Shown: positions 41,127 through 51,310 of the stretch, in pieces
How positions within the stretch are numbered: the stretch's first letter is position 1
How the letters are laid out: each line of letters begins with the position of its first letter
Source of the DNA: Promethearchaeota archaeon
Lineage (GTDB): Archaea > Asgardarchaeota > Lokiarchaeia > Sigyniarchaeales > SOKP01
Direction of reading: 5' to 3'
DNA length: 64,000 bases
Assembly (NCBI GenBank): GCA_019894975.1
Contig: JAGXNO010000009.1
Span: 19,644-83,643 of the forward strand
The notes under the pieces: generated by a model
Databases searched by the model: none
What the model saw: only the letters and a program-made list of their open reading frames with translations
What the model was told of the DNA's origin: nothing
Program-made: the position numbers and the translations under genes

Positions 41127-42830
41127 ATGGGTTTAGTTAATGGTGGGGCCTTATTTGGTAAGGCTTTAGTAAATGAAGGTATTGAAAAGGCATTTGTTCT
41201 GGTCGGTGGACACATAATGCCCATCCTCCATGGTATGCGGAATGAGGGAATTGAGATCACCGATATGCGTCATGAATGTGCTGCTATGTATGCGGCTATT
41301 GCATGTGCACGTGCTTCAGGGAAACCCGTCGCTGTCGTAACTACAGCAGGTCCGGGTGTTTTAAATACAGTTGCGGGAATGCTCGAAGCACAAGGGTGTT
41401 GCATGCCGATCATCCTTATTGGTGGTGCGGCTTCTATGGATGGTATGAAGAGGGGCGAGCTTCAGGACCAACCAACGCTGAATGTTCAAGAAACCTGTTC
41501 AAAGTGGGCCCACAGAATCACCAATACTACCAGTATACCGTATTTCGTAGCAATGGCACTTCGTCACGCAATGGATGGAACACCAGGATCTGTATATCTC
41601 GAAGCTCCTGTAGATATTGTGCATGGGGAGGTAGACGAAGAAAAAGTTGAATTCCCCGTTAATTCTCGAGCGAAGGCGATGCCTGGTGGTGATTCAAAGT
41701 TGATCGAATCAGCTGCAAATCTTCTTGTTAATGCTAAGCGCCCGGTGGTAATAATTGGAGATGGAGCGCGATTTAGCATTGGTGATCATGCAGGTGATAT
41801 TACTGCTCTTTCGGATTATTTAAAAATGCCTATAAATGTTAGAGGTTCTGCTTGCAAGGGACTATTCGGAAATGAATATGAAAACTTGTTGCTCAGATCA
41901 GGAGGACTCTTACAAGCTGACGTAGTGCTGAGCTTGGGAGTTCGGTTTGACTTTGGCATCGGTTATGGAAGAATTTTTCAACTTGATACCGATATTATCC
42001 AAGTACATACGGATTCAAAGCAAATAGGCTTCAACCTCAGAGCAGACATTGGTATCATAGGAGGAGTTGGTGCTGTGGCAAAAAAAATACTAGATATTGT
42101 TAAAGCTAAAAGAGATAAACCGATAGCTGTTTCTTGGACTAGTCAACCGAAAACCAGTGTTCCTGAGAGTTTACCAGAAAGGTTTTACACAGAAGGAAGC
42201 CCTGTTCACCCATCACGTTTGGTAGCTGAAGTTGTGAAATTTCTTGATGGGGAAGGTGCGGATTGGGATTTTGTACTTGATGGTGGTGATATTTCTGTTC
42301 ATATGTTCGACTCTGGAGCCATGTTAGCCCATCGTTCCGGTCAAATTCATACTGGTAGTCCTAATGGTATGATCGGTATGGGACCAGGTCAAGTCGTAGG
42401 AACGTGGATTGTAAATCGCAAACCGGTATTGCTACTCACAGGCGATGGTAGTTTTGGTTTCTATTCCATGGAAATGGATACGATGGCAAGACTAGGGATT
42501 CCTGCGGTAGTTGTGATTTCTAATGACGGAGCCTGGGGGATGATTCGGTTGGATGAGAAACACAATACCCCCGAAGAAGTAGAAAGCTATGGTCATTGTA
42601 ATACGGAACTCATCGATGCTCAAGGTAAAATCCGGGCTTATGAATTAATGGTAGCAATGTGGGGTGGACATGGTGAGATGGTTTGCGATCCTGAAGAGAT
42701 TATACCCGCTATTAAACGAGCAGCAGCCAATGGTAAACCGTCGATTATCAACGTTGAAGTAGACCGGGAAGTTTTATCGTCCTGGACCCAAAGAACTGCT
42801 GATGCTGCCGCCCAACGGTCAAAAAAATAA
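41127..42830 (+). CDS. Thiamine-pyrophosphate enzyme (2-hydroxyacyl-CoA lyase / acetolactate synthase-like family)
   Basis: GGHI, MRHE, TAGPG, GDGSFGF...NDGAWG TPP motif. Confidence 0.88.
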   Translation: MGLVNGGALFGKALVNEGIEKAFVLVGGHIMPILHGMRNEGIEITDMRHECAAMYAAIACARASGKPVAVVTTAGPGVLNTVAGMLEAQGCCMPIILIGGAASMDGMKRGELQDQPTLNVQETCSKWAHRITNTTSIPYFVAMALRHAMDGTPGSVYLEAPVDIVHGEVDEEKVEFPVNSRAKAMPGGDSKLIESAANLLVNAKRPVVIIGDGARFSIGDHAGDITALSDYLKMPINVRGSACKGLFGNEYENLLLRSGGLLQADVVLSLGVRFDFGIGYGRIFQLDTDIIQVHTDSKQIGFNLRADIGIIGGVGAVAKKILDIVKAKRDKPIAVSWTSQPKTSVPESLPERFYTEGSPVHPSRLVAEVVKFLDGEGADWDFVLDGGDISVHMFDSGAMLAHRSGQIHTGSPNGMIGMGPGQVVGTWIVNRKPVLLLTGDGSFGFYSMEMDTMARLGIPAVVVISNDGAWGMIRLDEKHNTPEEVESYGHCNTELIDAQGKIRAYELMVAMWGGHGEMVCDPEEIIPAIKRAAANGKPSIINVEVDREVLSSWTQRTADAAAQRSKK

Positions 42831-42985
42831 ATATCTAATTATCTATTATATTTCTTATTTTGTTCAAATGCATTAAGAATATTATTAATTAAACGTTTCA
42901 CCCTCGATTGGAAATAATATAACCTTTATTATTTAAATTTCATTAAAGATTGGTAATCAATTAACAAAGATGATATTGATTTATA

Positions 42986-44140
42986 ATGATACAAACAAAA
43001 TTCCAAGAAATAATAGGGACAAAATATCCCATAATTCAAGCAGGTATGGGTCCTTACGCTACAACTAAACTCTGTATAGCCGTAGCTAAAGAAGGTGGAC
43101 TAGGTTTGATATCAACAATCGGTATGGCAGGTCCAGATGTGAATTTTATACCTGAAGAAGATCGAAAACTTGATTTTGGAGTTGGTGGAAGTCCAAAAAA
43201 TGTCCTCAAACAAACAATAAGATATGTTTATGAGAAACTAAGTGATTTTCCTAAAGCTAAATTCGGTGTTAATATACCAATTGCTAAAGAATTTACTATG
43301 GTATCACGACAGTTTATGAAAGCAGTTATCGAAGTATTTGAAGAAACCCCTGAAGTGAAGAAGCAATTAAAGGTTATGGTTACATCTGCAGGGGATCCTC
43401 TACCTTGGGCTATAGATGCAAAGGAAAAAGGATCAAAAAGAGCATTTCTTGAGGTTAAGAAAGAATTACCTTCAGTAGTATGGTGTCAAGTCTGCCCTAA
43501 TGTGAGAGGGGCAAAAAGAGCTGAAAGATCGGGAGTAGATGTTATTATTGCTTCAGGAAGAGAAGGAGGTGCTCATTGCGCTTGGAGAGATACATCCTCA
43601 ATGGTCCTTCTCCCCGAAGTAGTGAGGACTGTCAATCTACCTGTAGTTGGAGCAGGAGGGTTTGCTGATGGGGCATCTTTAGCCGCAGCTCTTGCTTTAG
43701 GAGCAATGGGAGTTCAGATGGGAACCCGTTTCATTGCAACTCAAGAAGGTGATTTTGAGCAAATGTGGAAGGAGCAACTCGTAAAGGCCACTGAATTCGA
43801 TACAATTGTTGGAAGAGGAATATTTGGTCCAATGAGATTTTTAATTAATCGTGCGTCTCTTGAAGTTATAGATGAAACTATAAAAGGTGCTTCAGATTTG
43901 TATCGCGGAAAACCATGTCCTTCAACAGATGAAATTCGTATTTTAGAAGAACGAGGTTTCAGAAAATTAGTAGATGAGGATGAGAATGCAAGCCTTATGA
44001 ACGCGGGTGTTGTAACAGGTAGAATTCATTCAATCCCAACTGTTCATGAGTTAATTCAAAGTATTATGACTGAAGCAGAAGAAATTATTGTAGGAATGTC
44101 AGAAAATTTAATAAAAAAAGAAAATCCAATAGTAGAGTGA
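42986..44140 (+). CDS. Nitronate monooxygenase / FabK-like flavoprotein (paralog 2)
   Basis: PIIQAGM, GREGGAH, AGGFADG, QMGTRF. Confidence 0.88.
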   Translation: MIQTKFQEIIGTKYPIIQAGMGPYATTKLCIAVAKEGGLGLISTIGMAGPDVNFIPEEDRKLDFGVGGSPKNVLKQTIRYVYEKLSDFPKAKFGVNIPIAKEFTMVSRQFMKAVIEVFEETPEVKKQLKVMVTSAGDPLPWAIDAKEKGSKRAFLEVKKELPSVVWCQVCPNVRGAKRAERSGVDVIIASGREGGAHCAWRDTSSMVLLPEVVRTVNLPVVGAGGFADGASLAAALALGAMGVQMGTRFIATQEGDFEQMWKEQLVKATEFDTIVGRGIFGPMRFLINRASLEVIDETIKGASDLYRGKPCPSTDEIRILEERGFRKLVDEDENASLMNAGVVTGRIHSIPTVHELIQSIMTEAEEIIVGMSENLIKKENPIVE

Positions 44141-44150
44141 GAAAAAAAAA

Positions 44151-45461
44151 ATGAAAGAATTAAAAGAATGTGTAGTAGTTGATGCCGTTAGAACACCAAT
44201 AGGAAAATCAGGGCGTGCCCAAATGAAGAAAGTTGGTGGAGCATTTAGGGAATGTTCGGCTCAGGACATGTTGGCTACAGTTTTAAGATCGATAGTAGAT
44301 AGGACAAAAGAAAAATATCCAAATTTTGATCCTAAAGAAATTGAAGATTTACAGGTGGGTTGTCTATCCCAATTCGGAGAACAAGGAGGTAATATCGCAA
44401 GGATAGCAATATTGCTAGCAGGATTACCTGATGAAATAGCAGGAGCAACAGTCAATAGGTACTGCAATGCAGGTCTTCAAGCAATTAATACTGTAGCTAA
44501 CGCAATTAGAGTTGGTGATGGTGATATTTGCCTAGCCGCTGGAGTTGAATCAATGACACATTATGCGATGGGTTCAGATTTAAATATTACTAGGCAGGTT
44601 AAGAAATATCCGATGATAATGTCTCCAGGATGGGCTAATGAACCACTAAGAAGTATAGTACCTCAGGGTGTATCTGCAGAGTTAATTAACGACAGGTATG
44701 GTTTTACTAGGGAAGAACTGGATAAGTTTGGTGTTTGGAGCCATCAAAAAGCAACGAAGGCAATGAGAAATGAAGAAGAGTATTATAACCGTGTAGTTCC
44801 AGTTACCTTTGAAAAAAGACACACAGACGAAAATATGCACCAAATAAAAGATGAATCTGGAAAACAAATTGTCGAAGAGGTTACAGTTACAAAAGATCAG
44901 ACAATACGAGAAGTTTATTTAGATGACCCAGAGAAAGGTTGGGAGATGATTAGTAGTTTGAAACCCGTTTTCAGACCACCTGAAAAAGGTGGTAAGGTAA
45001 CTGCTGGAAATTCTTCGCAAATAGTCGATGGAGCAGCAGCAACTTTATTAATGTCTCGAGAAAAAGCTGATGAATTAGGTATAAAACCAATGGCCAGAAT
45101 ACTTTCAACAGCTGTAGCAGGTGGTGACCCTATTATCATGCTTTTAGCACCAATTCCCGCCATGAGAAAGGCATTAGATCGAGCAGATCTCACAATAGAT
45201 GATATGGATGTAATCGAGCCAAATGAAGCTTTCGCAAGCCCATGTTTAGCATTTGCTAAAGATTTTGGTTATGAATTTGATGATCCTCGAGTTAATCCTA
45301 CTGGTGGTGCAATTGCTATAGGTCATCCCATCGGTGCAAGTGGAGTAGTCTATTTTAATGAAATGGTGCACTATATGAAAAATAATAAGAAGAAGTATGG
45401 TGTACAATTAATGTGTGGCGGCTTCGGTGTAGGAATTGCCACAGTAGTTGAAGCTCTTTAA
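44151..45461 (+). CDS. Thiolase (acetyl-CoA C-acyltransferase)
   Basis: AVRTPIG, NRYCNAG, NEAFA, GHPIGASG, MCGGFG. Confidence 0.94.
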   Translation: MKELKECVVVDAVRTPIGKSGRAQMKKVGGAFRECSAQDMLATVLRSIVDRTKEKYPNFDPKEIEDLQVGCLSQFGEQGGNIARIAILLAGLPDEIAGATVNRYCNAGLQAINTVANAIRVGDGDICLAAGVESMTHYAMGSDLNITRQVKKYPMIMSPGWANEPLRSIVPQGVSAELINDRYGFTREELDKFGVWSHQKATKAMRNEEEYYNRVVPVTFEKRHTDENMHQIKDESGKQIVEEVTVTKDQTIREVYLDDPEKGWEMISSLKPVFRPPEKGGKVTAGNSSQIVDGAAATLLMSREKADELGIKPMARILSTAVAGGDPIIMLLAPIPAMRKALDRADLTIDDMDVIEPNEAFASPCLAFAKDFGYEFDDPRVNPTGGAIAIGHPIGASGVVYFNEMVHYMKNNKKKYGVQLMCGGFGVGIATVVEAL

Positions 45462-45578
45462 ATTAATAATTAAATATCTATTTTTTTTACTCTTTTTATT
45501 AGTTTGGGAGTATTGAAAGTATTAGATAATAATATATAGAAATTAAAAAAAAAATTTCTTAGGATTTTAGATTTAAAT

Positions 45579-46745
45579 TTATTTACTCAAACCTTCATAT
45601 AAAGCCGTTATTAATCCTAAGGATCGAGGATCTCCGACTATTACCATACTCATTTGGTTCATAACATAGGATAAACTAAGTTTGTTATCTAAATCCATCA
45701 CTACCATACTGCCTCCTGCTCCACCCCACCATATAGTATTAGGGCTTGGTAAGGGAATTTCTTTACTCGGAAGGCCAAAGCCAATCCCAAAACGGATAGG
45801 CATCATCAAAACAAGATCTGGGGTGTAGCTTTGCTCCTCCATAGCTTTTTTAATTGTTTCCATTTTTAAAAGTTGAATATTATCTACCCCACCCCCACAT
45901 GCAATTGCAGATGCGATTCTTGCCACTGATCTTGCATTACCATGTCCTCCCGCTGCAGGGATCTCCGCAGCACGCCATTCTCGCGTCTTTATTTTTTCAA
46001 TATCTATAACAGGATTAGTAAACACACGACTAAAAAAGGACTGGGGATCCATTTCAAAATACCCAGGCTCTCCTTTTTGAGGAAGATCATAGGAAATTAA
46101 ATCAGCTACTCTATTATCGTTATCTTTTCCAAAACCAATGTGAAAATCTGCGTTAAGTGGTCCAGATACCTCTTCTTTAAAAAAAGTACCTAATGATTTT
46201 CCAGTAATACGTCTCACTATTTCTCCTAAAAGATAGCCATGCGTTATTGCATGATAACCACTGCTGGTCCCTGGCTCCCACCATGGTTTTTGAGCAGCTA
46301 ATAGTCTTACAGCCTTCTCCCAGTCATATAAATCTTCCATTGTTATTTTTTCTTCCCATCCGGCTAACCCCGAAGTATGACTGAAAATTTGTCGAACGGG
46401 TATTTTTTCTTTACCATTTTGGGCGAATTCCGGCCAATATTTAGCAACAGGTGCGTCAAGATCGAGTTGTCCTCCATCAACTAGCATAAGAGCACAAATT
46501 ATAGTCATAACTTTAGTTGTAGAAAATACATTTATAATTGAATCTTTTTCCCATGATCTTGATCTAGCTTTATCTGCATAGCCCCCCCAGATATCTACTA
46601 CAAACTTACCATTAATAGTTGCTGCAAAACTAGCTCCAACTTCACCGCTGTTTTTAAAATTTTTCTGAAATGCTTCTTTTACGGCTGCGAATCTCTCATC
46701 ACAAAAACCATGAATTTCAATTTTTTCATCCATATCTAAATTCAT
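45579..46745 (-). CDS. Beta-lactamase-family serine hydrolase (EstA-like esterase)
   Basis: FSTTK (SxxK), WPEFAQNGK, SHTSGL, GYH, WGGAGG. Confidence 0.9.
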   Translation of the reverse strand: MNLDMDEKIEIHGFCDERFAAVKEAFQKNFKNSGEVGASFAATINGKFVVDIWGGYADKARSRSWEKDSIINVFSTTKVMTIICALMLVDGGQLDLDAPVAKYWPEFAQNGKEKIPVRQIFSHTSGLAGWEEKITMEDLYDWEKAVRLLAAQKPWWEPGTSSGYHAITHGYLLGEIVRRITGKSLGTFFKEEVSGPLNADFHIGFGKDNDNRVADLISYDLPQKGEPGYFEMDPQSFFSRVFTNPVIDIEKIKTREWRAAEIPAAGGHGNARSVARIASAIACGGGVDNIQLLKMETIKKAMEEQSYTPDLVLMMPIRFGIGFGLPSKEIPLPSPNTIWWGGAGGSMVVMDLDNKLSLSYVMNQMSMVIVGDPRSLGLITALYEGLSK

Positions 46746-46809
46746 CTCGTTTTCTAATTCAATAATAATCTAAAAAATAGAAAAAAAAGAATAAAAAGAT
46801 TTGCTTTGA

Positions 46810-48816
46810 TTATTTCTTTTTTGGTTTAAACACAATTGATGGTTTAGCACTCGATGAATACGAAAAGCCTGCTGATTCCTTGATATCCCCATATTTTGAT
46901 TTTAATTCCTCTATTGTTCCAGAATCTAATGCACGGGCATAGCATGCTTCAACACATATAGGTTGCTTCCCAACATCAATCCGGTCAACACAGTAGTTAC
47001 ATTTTTGCATTCTTGCTTTTTCTTCCTCAACGAATTGAGGTGCTGAATACGGACAAACATCTTTACATAAGTGCCCCGCACAATTAAGACATCTCTTAGC
47101 TTCTGCTATAGCAGCATCCTGACTGAATCCTAAAGCAACTTCTATAAAATTCGACACTCTCTCGGATGCTGATAGAAGTGGCATAGGTTGACGATCTTTT
47201 TTCTCCGTTTCTGGAGGAATATCGATTTTTATTTCATTCGCAGGAATTTCAGGGATTGGTCTAACTCTTAGAACATCACCTTGAAGGTATCGATGAATTT
47301 TAGATGCCGATTTCTGACCACTTGCAATTGCATCAATAATGCTTGCTACACCACTAAAACAATCCCCAGCAACAAATACACCATTTGTTTCAAGCATTAA
47401 AGTTTCCGGATCAGCGGTAATAGTTCCCATTTTATTGACTTTCAAGATCCCTGAATTACCAACTTCAGGTGCTTGACCTATAGCAAAAATTACTGTGTCT
47501 GCCTCTAATGTGTGTTCATCATCACCAACTACATCGAAATGAGCTTCTCCGTCATCATCGAATGTACAACCTGTTATTTCAAGGCAGCCTACACCCGAAA
47601 CTTTTCCATTATTACTAACAATTTTAGTAAAAGTACGAGAATCATATATCTCAATTCCCTCTTCACGAGCTTGATCAATTTCGGTTAAATCTGCGGGCAT
47701 ATCATCACAACATTCAAGACATGATACACCTACTTCTGTAGCACCAAGACGACGGGCAGAACGGGCACAATCCATTGCAACATTTCCTCCACCTATGATT
47801 ATTACTTTATTACCGAGTTTAACTTCTTTTCCAAGATTCACATCTCGCATAAATGATGTTCCTACCAAAACACCGTCGAGATCAGCTCCAGGAATATTAA
47901 GTTTCTTCCCTTTATGAGCCCCAATCGCAATTAATACAGCACTATATCCCTGTTTTAATAGATCATCTACACCTTTATTCATATCTATGGGGGAATTTGT
48001 TTTGATTTCAACTCCAAGTGCTTTAATATAGTCAATATCTCTGTTAAGAATATCTCTCGGTAATCTATAATCCGGAATTCCTATGGCCAGCATGCCTCCC
48101 GCACTAGATAATGCTTCAAATATTGTTACACCATAACCCAATCTAATCAGATCATATGCTGCGGCCAAACCTGCAGGTCCAGATCCAATTATTGCAACTT
48201 TTTCTGATTGAGTTTGCTCTAAACGTTTTGGTGGTTTTTCAGATACGTTATCTGCTACAAATCCTTTGAGTGCTTCAATAGCAATTGCTTGGTCAACTTC
48301 CTTACGGGCACAAACCTCTTCACAGGGATGAAGACAAACGCGACCACATACAGAAGGTAAGGGCGTCCTTCGTCTAATTAAGTCTAAAGATTCTTTAAAT
48401 TTACCCTTAGCTATTAAAGCAGTATATGCGGGAATATGAAGGTGAACTGGACATGCTATTTGACAAGGTGCTTCCGATTCACCATATAAGAAATTGGCAC
48501 CCATTTTTTCTTTTGAGATTATACCACATGGAGTATCTTCTCTGCATTTGTCTTTATCAACTACAACAATCCCATCTTTCTCACGTTTTTCAATCGCTTC
48601 ATTAGGACAAATATAAGAACATACAGGATCTTCACAATGATAACAATTTGAAATAAGATAGCTAGCAAAAACATTAGGAAAGGGACCTTCTTCAAAGTAA
48701 TTAATCCTCATCCAAGATGCTGATCCTGATGGTTGATCATGCCAATCTTTGCATGCTACTCTGCAAGCATTACATCCAGCACATCTTGTTTGGTCAAAAT
48801 AAAAACCTACTTGCAT
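46810..48816 (-). CDS. Chimeric DmsB-type 4Fe-4S protein with an inserted GltD-like FAD/NAD(P)H module
   Basis: CAGCNACRVAC, CYHCEDPVC, then PCQIACP, CGRVC, GSGPAG, GGGNVA, RCLNC, then CKDVCPY and KCNYC...CVEAC. ATG 48816 follows GGAGGTG. Confidence 0.88.
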   Translation of the reverse strand: MQVGFYFDQTRCAGCNACRVACKDWHDQPSGSASWMRINYFEEGPFPNVFASYLISNCYHCEDPVCSYICPNEAIEKREKDGIVVVDKDKCREDTPCGIISKEKMGANFLYGESEAPCQIACPVHLHIPAYTALIAKGKFKESLDLIRRRTPLPSVCGRVCLHPCEEVCARKEVDQAIAIEALKGFVADNVSEKPPKRLEQTQSEKVAIIGSGPAGLAAAYDLIRLGYGVTIFEALSSAGGMLAIGIPDYRLPRDILNRDIDYIKALGVEIKTNSPIDMNKGVDDLLKQGYSAVLIAIGAHKGKKLNIPGADLDGVLVGTSFMRDVNLGKEVKLGNKVIIIGGGNVAMDCARSARRLGATEVGVSCLECCDDMPADLTEIDQAREEGIEIYDSRTFTKIVSNNGKVSGVGCLEITGCTFDDDGEAHFDVVGDDEHTLEADTVIFAIGQAPEVGNSGILKVNKMGTITADPETLMLETNGVFVAGDCFSGVASIIDAIASGQKSASKIHRYLQGDVLRVRPIPEIPANEIKIDIPPETEKKDRQPMPLLSASERVSNFIEVALGFSQDAAIAEAKRCLNCAGHLCKDVCPYSAPQFVEEEKARMQKCNYCVDRIDVGKQPICVEACYARALDSGTIEELKSKYGDIKESAGFSYSSSAKPSIVFKPKKK

Positions 48817-48818
48817 AT

Positions 48819-51125
48819 TTAGGCACCTCCCTTCTCCAATTTCACTTGTACTAAGCATGTTTTCAATGCAGCAGCACCTCCTTCGGACATTTCATCCTTA
48901 GTTAGGGTGTTTGCACAAGCACCTCTGTCAATTCCATCCTCATCAGGACTATACCATGCCCCCTCATAAATACAAACTACTCCTGTCATGATTCTCCTAG
49001 TAACAAAAGCTTCTATAGCAACTGTACCGCGATCATTGTGGACTAAACACATATCCCCGTTTCTAATTCCTCTTGGTTCAGCATCAGCAGGATTTATCCA
49101 CATGCGATGAGGTATTGCTTCCATGAGCCATTCGATTTTATATAATTCGGAATGAACTCGCTGACGTGGGTGGGGTGAAATCAATTGAAGTGGATATTTT
49201 TCATTTAGAGGATCATCTCTATTTTCCCATGTTGGCACATATTTCGCAATAGGTGGACATATAGGATTGTTCCAACTTGCAACTTGATCAGAATAAATCT
49301 CTATCTTCCCTGATGGTGTAAGGAATGGATTATTTTCGAAATCATCTATGTTCTTTTTGAACGCTACATAAGGTTCTTTAAGTTCAATTCTATGAACGCC
49401 TTCTCTTTTATACTTCTCATAATCTTTAACATTATTCCGAACATCATCCGCCATAACAGAAAACAAACGAAGCCATTTATCATTTATATCATCATATTGA
49501 TCTATGAGACCTTTGGCGGGAGCGAGTTGAGGATTTTTTAAATACATTTCAAGAACTTCCTCTCTTTTAAAGTTTTTAATACCTAATCTTTCAGCTAATT
49601 CTTCTGCTATTTGTATATCATCCTTACATTCACCTAACGGCTCAATTGCTTTATTCATATGACCAAGATACGGTCCAGATGGCCAGGGTCTTGTCAGTTC
49701 ACTTCTCGCAGAAAACGCAGTCACCGGAAGAACAATATCAGCATATTGAGCGGTAGGGGTGAGCCATAACTCTGGAACAACCGTAAATAAATCTTCCTTA
49801 CTCATAGCTTCTGCAGATTTATTTGCATTTCCTATTTGGTTCACGAAATCACAGACACAAAACCATGCAAATTTTATATCAGCAGGATAACCTCCTGATT
49901 TACCTTTAAGAATCGCATCAAAGATCTTATTTACATGCATTCTAGTATCTAAACGATCTCTTGGATTAATATTTCCCCTCAAAGACTTACCTTTTGGATA
50001 AGCTTTATTGGCACCAGGATTGATCATAGTTCCTCTAAACATATGACCATATGGGATTCCGTGGAGTCCACCACAGGCACTTCCCCCAGGTTTTCCGATA
50101 TTTCCAGTCATTGCAGAGAGTGTTATAGCACCTCGATTGTACTGTCCGCCCATTGCTGATCGAGCAGGTCCCTGACAGTCTTCTAATGCCGCAGGTTTGG
50201 TAGTGGCATATTCTCGGGCCAAATTCTCAATTGTTGAGCTAGGTACACCACAAATCTTTTCAGCCCATTCTGGAGTTTTAGGGATTCCATCCTCATCACC
50301 CATGACATAGGCACGATATTTATCAAATCCATGAGTAAATTTATCGAGAAACTCTTGATCCTGTAAATTTTCTTTTAGTATGACATGAGCCATCGCTGCC
50401 ATCATAGCAGTGTCTGTACCCGGAATTATAGGAATCCATTGATCAGCGGCAACTAAAGCTGTATCTGAATAGCGGGGGTCAATAACAACAATTTTAGCCC
50501 CATTTTCTTTTGCTTTAATTAACCACCATAATGTATTTGTCCCCGAAATCTGACGTGCAGGATCCCAACCCCAACATATTATCATTTTGGTATTCATCCA
50601 ATCTTCTCGACTGTTGCCTACGAAGATCTGACCGAATCCATATGAAGCTTGAGTTCCAAAAATCGCTCCTTGAGAAGATATATTACCATATGAAGACGTA
50701 TATCCACCAAGTGCATTTAGTAATCTTGCATAGGCAACTCCAGCCCCGTGTAGAGCTCCAAAATAGCCCCCTCCTGTAATATATAATAGACTCTGATTTC
50801 CATATTTTTCTATTGTTTCCTTTAATTTCTCTGCGATAGTATCATACGCCTCATCCCAAGAAATTCGTTTAAATTTACCCGAACCCTTAGGACCATCCCG
50901 CTTTAATGGATATCTCAATCTTTCTGGATGATAAATGTATTGTCTAATTGATCTACATCTTAAACATGCGCGTAGTTGTTTATCAGGATCAGGGAAATCA
51001 TCCCCCTCGACTCTTATTATTTTCCCGTTTTTAACGTGAAATCTTAAGAGACATCGTCCTCCGCAATCAAAAGCAGAAGTAGTTCTTACGATTTTTACTC
51101 CTTCATCATCTTCTTGACTTACCAT
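48819..51125 (-). CDS. DmsA-like molybdopterin oxidoreductase without a Tat signal
   Basis: DCGGRC, ACLRC, PERLRYPL, ISWDEA, YGNIS, ADIVLP, TPSGKIEIYS, molybdopterin-binding C-domain. Confidence 0.9.
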   Translation of the reverse strand: MVSQEDDEGVKIVRTTSAFDCGGRCLLRFHVKNGKIIRVEGDDFPDPDKQLRACLRCRSIRQYIYHPERLRYPLKRDGPKGSGKFKRISWDEAYDTIAEKLKETIEKYGNQSLLYITGGGYFGALHGAGVAYARLLNALGGYTSSYGNISSQGAIFGTQASYGFGQIFVGNSREDWMNTKMIICWGWDPARQISGTNTLWWLIKAKENGAKIVVIDPRYSDTALVAADQWIPIIPGTDTAMMAAMAHVILKENLQDQEFLDKFTHGFDKYRAYVMGDEDGIPKTPEWAEKICGVPSSTIENLAREYATTKPAALEDCQGPARSAMGGQYNRGAITLSAMTGNIGKPGGSACGGLHGIPYGHMFRGTMINPGANKAYPKGKSLRGNINPRDRLDTRMHVNKIFDAILKGKSGGYPADIKFAWFCVCDFVNQIGNANKSAEAMSKEDLFTVVPELWLTPTAQYADIVLPVTAFSARSELTRPWPSGPYLGHMNKAIEPLGECKDDIQIAEELAERLGIKNFKREEVLEMYLKNPQLAPAKGLIDQYDDINDKWLRLFSVMADDVRNNVKDYEKYKREGVHRIELKEPYVAFKKNIDDFENNPFLTPSGKIEIYSDQVASWNNPICPPIAKYVPTWENRDDPLNEKYPLQLISPHPRQRVHSELYKIEWLMEAIPHRMWINPADAEPRGIRNGDMCLVHNDRGTVAIEAFVTRRIMTGVVCIYEGAWYSPDEDGIDRGACANTLTKDEMSEGGAAALKTCLVQVKLEKGGA

Positions 51126-51310
51126 AATATCTACCACTAGATTATTGTTAATTTTATATTTTTTAGAATTTATTTTGTTTTTTGAAAATTTATAGTTCTA
51201 TTAAAGTTATTCTAGAATCCTTCAGTTATTAACTTTAAAGAAATCATTTGAAATGAGATCTTAGCAGAAAATAAAGAATTTTTAGTGAATTAAAAAGAAA
51301 AGAAGTAGAT

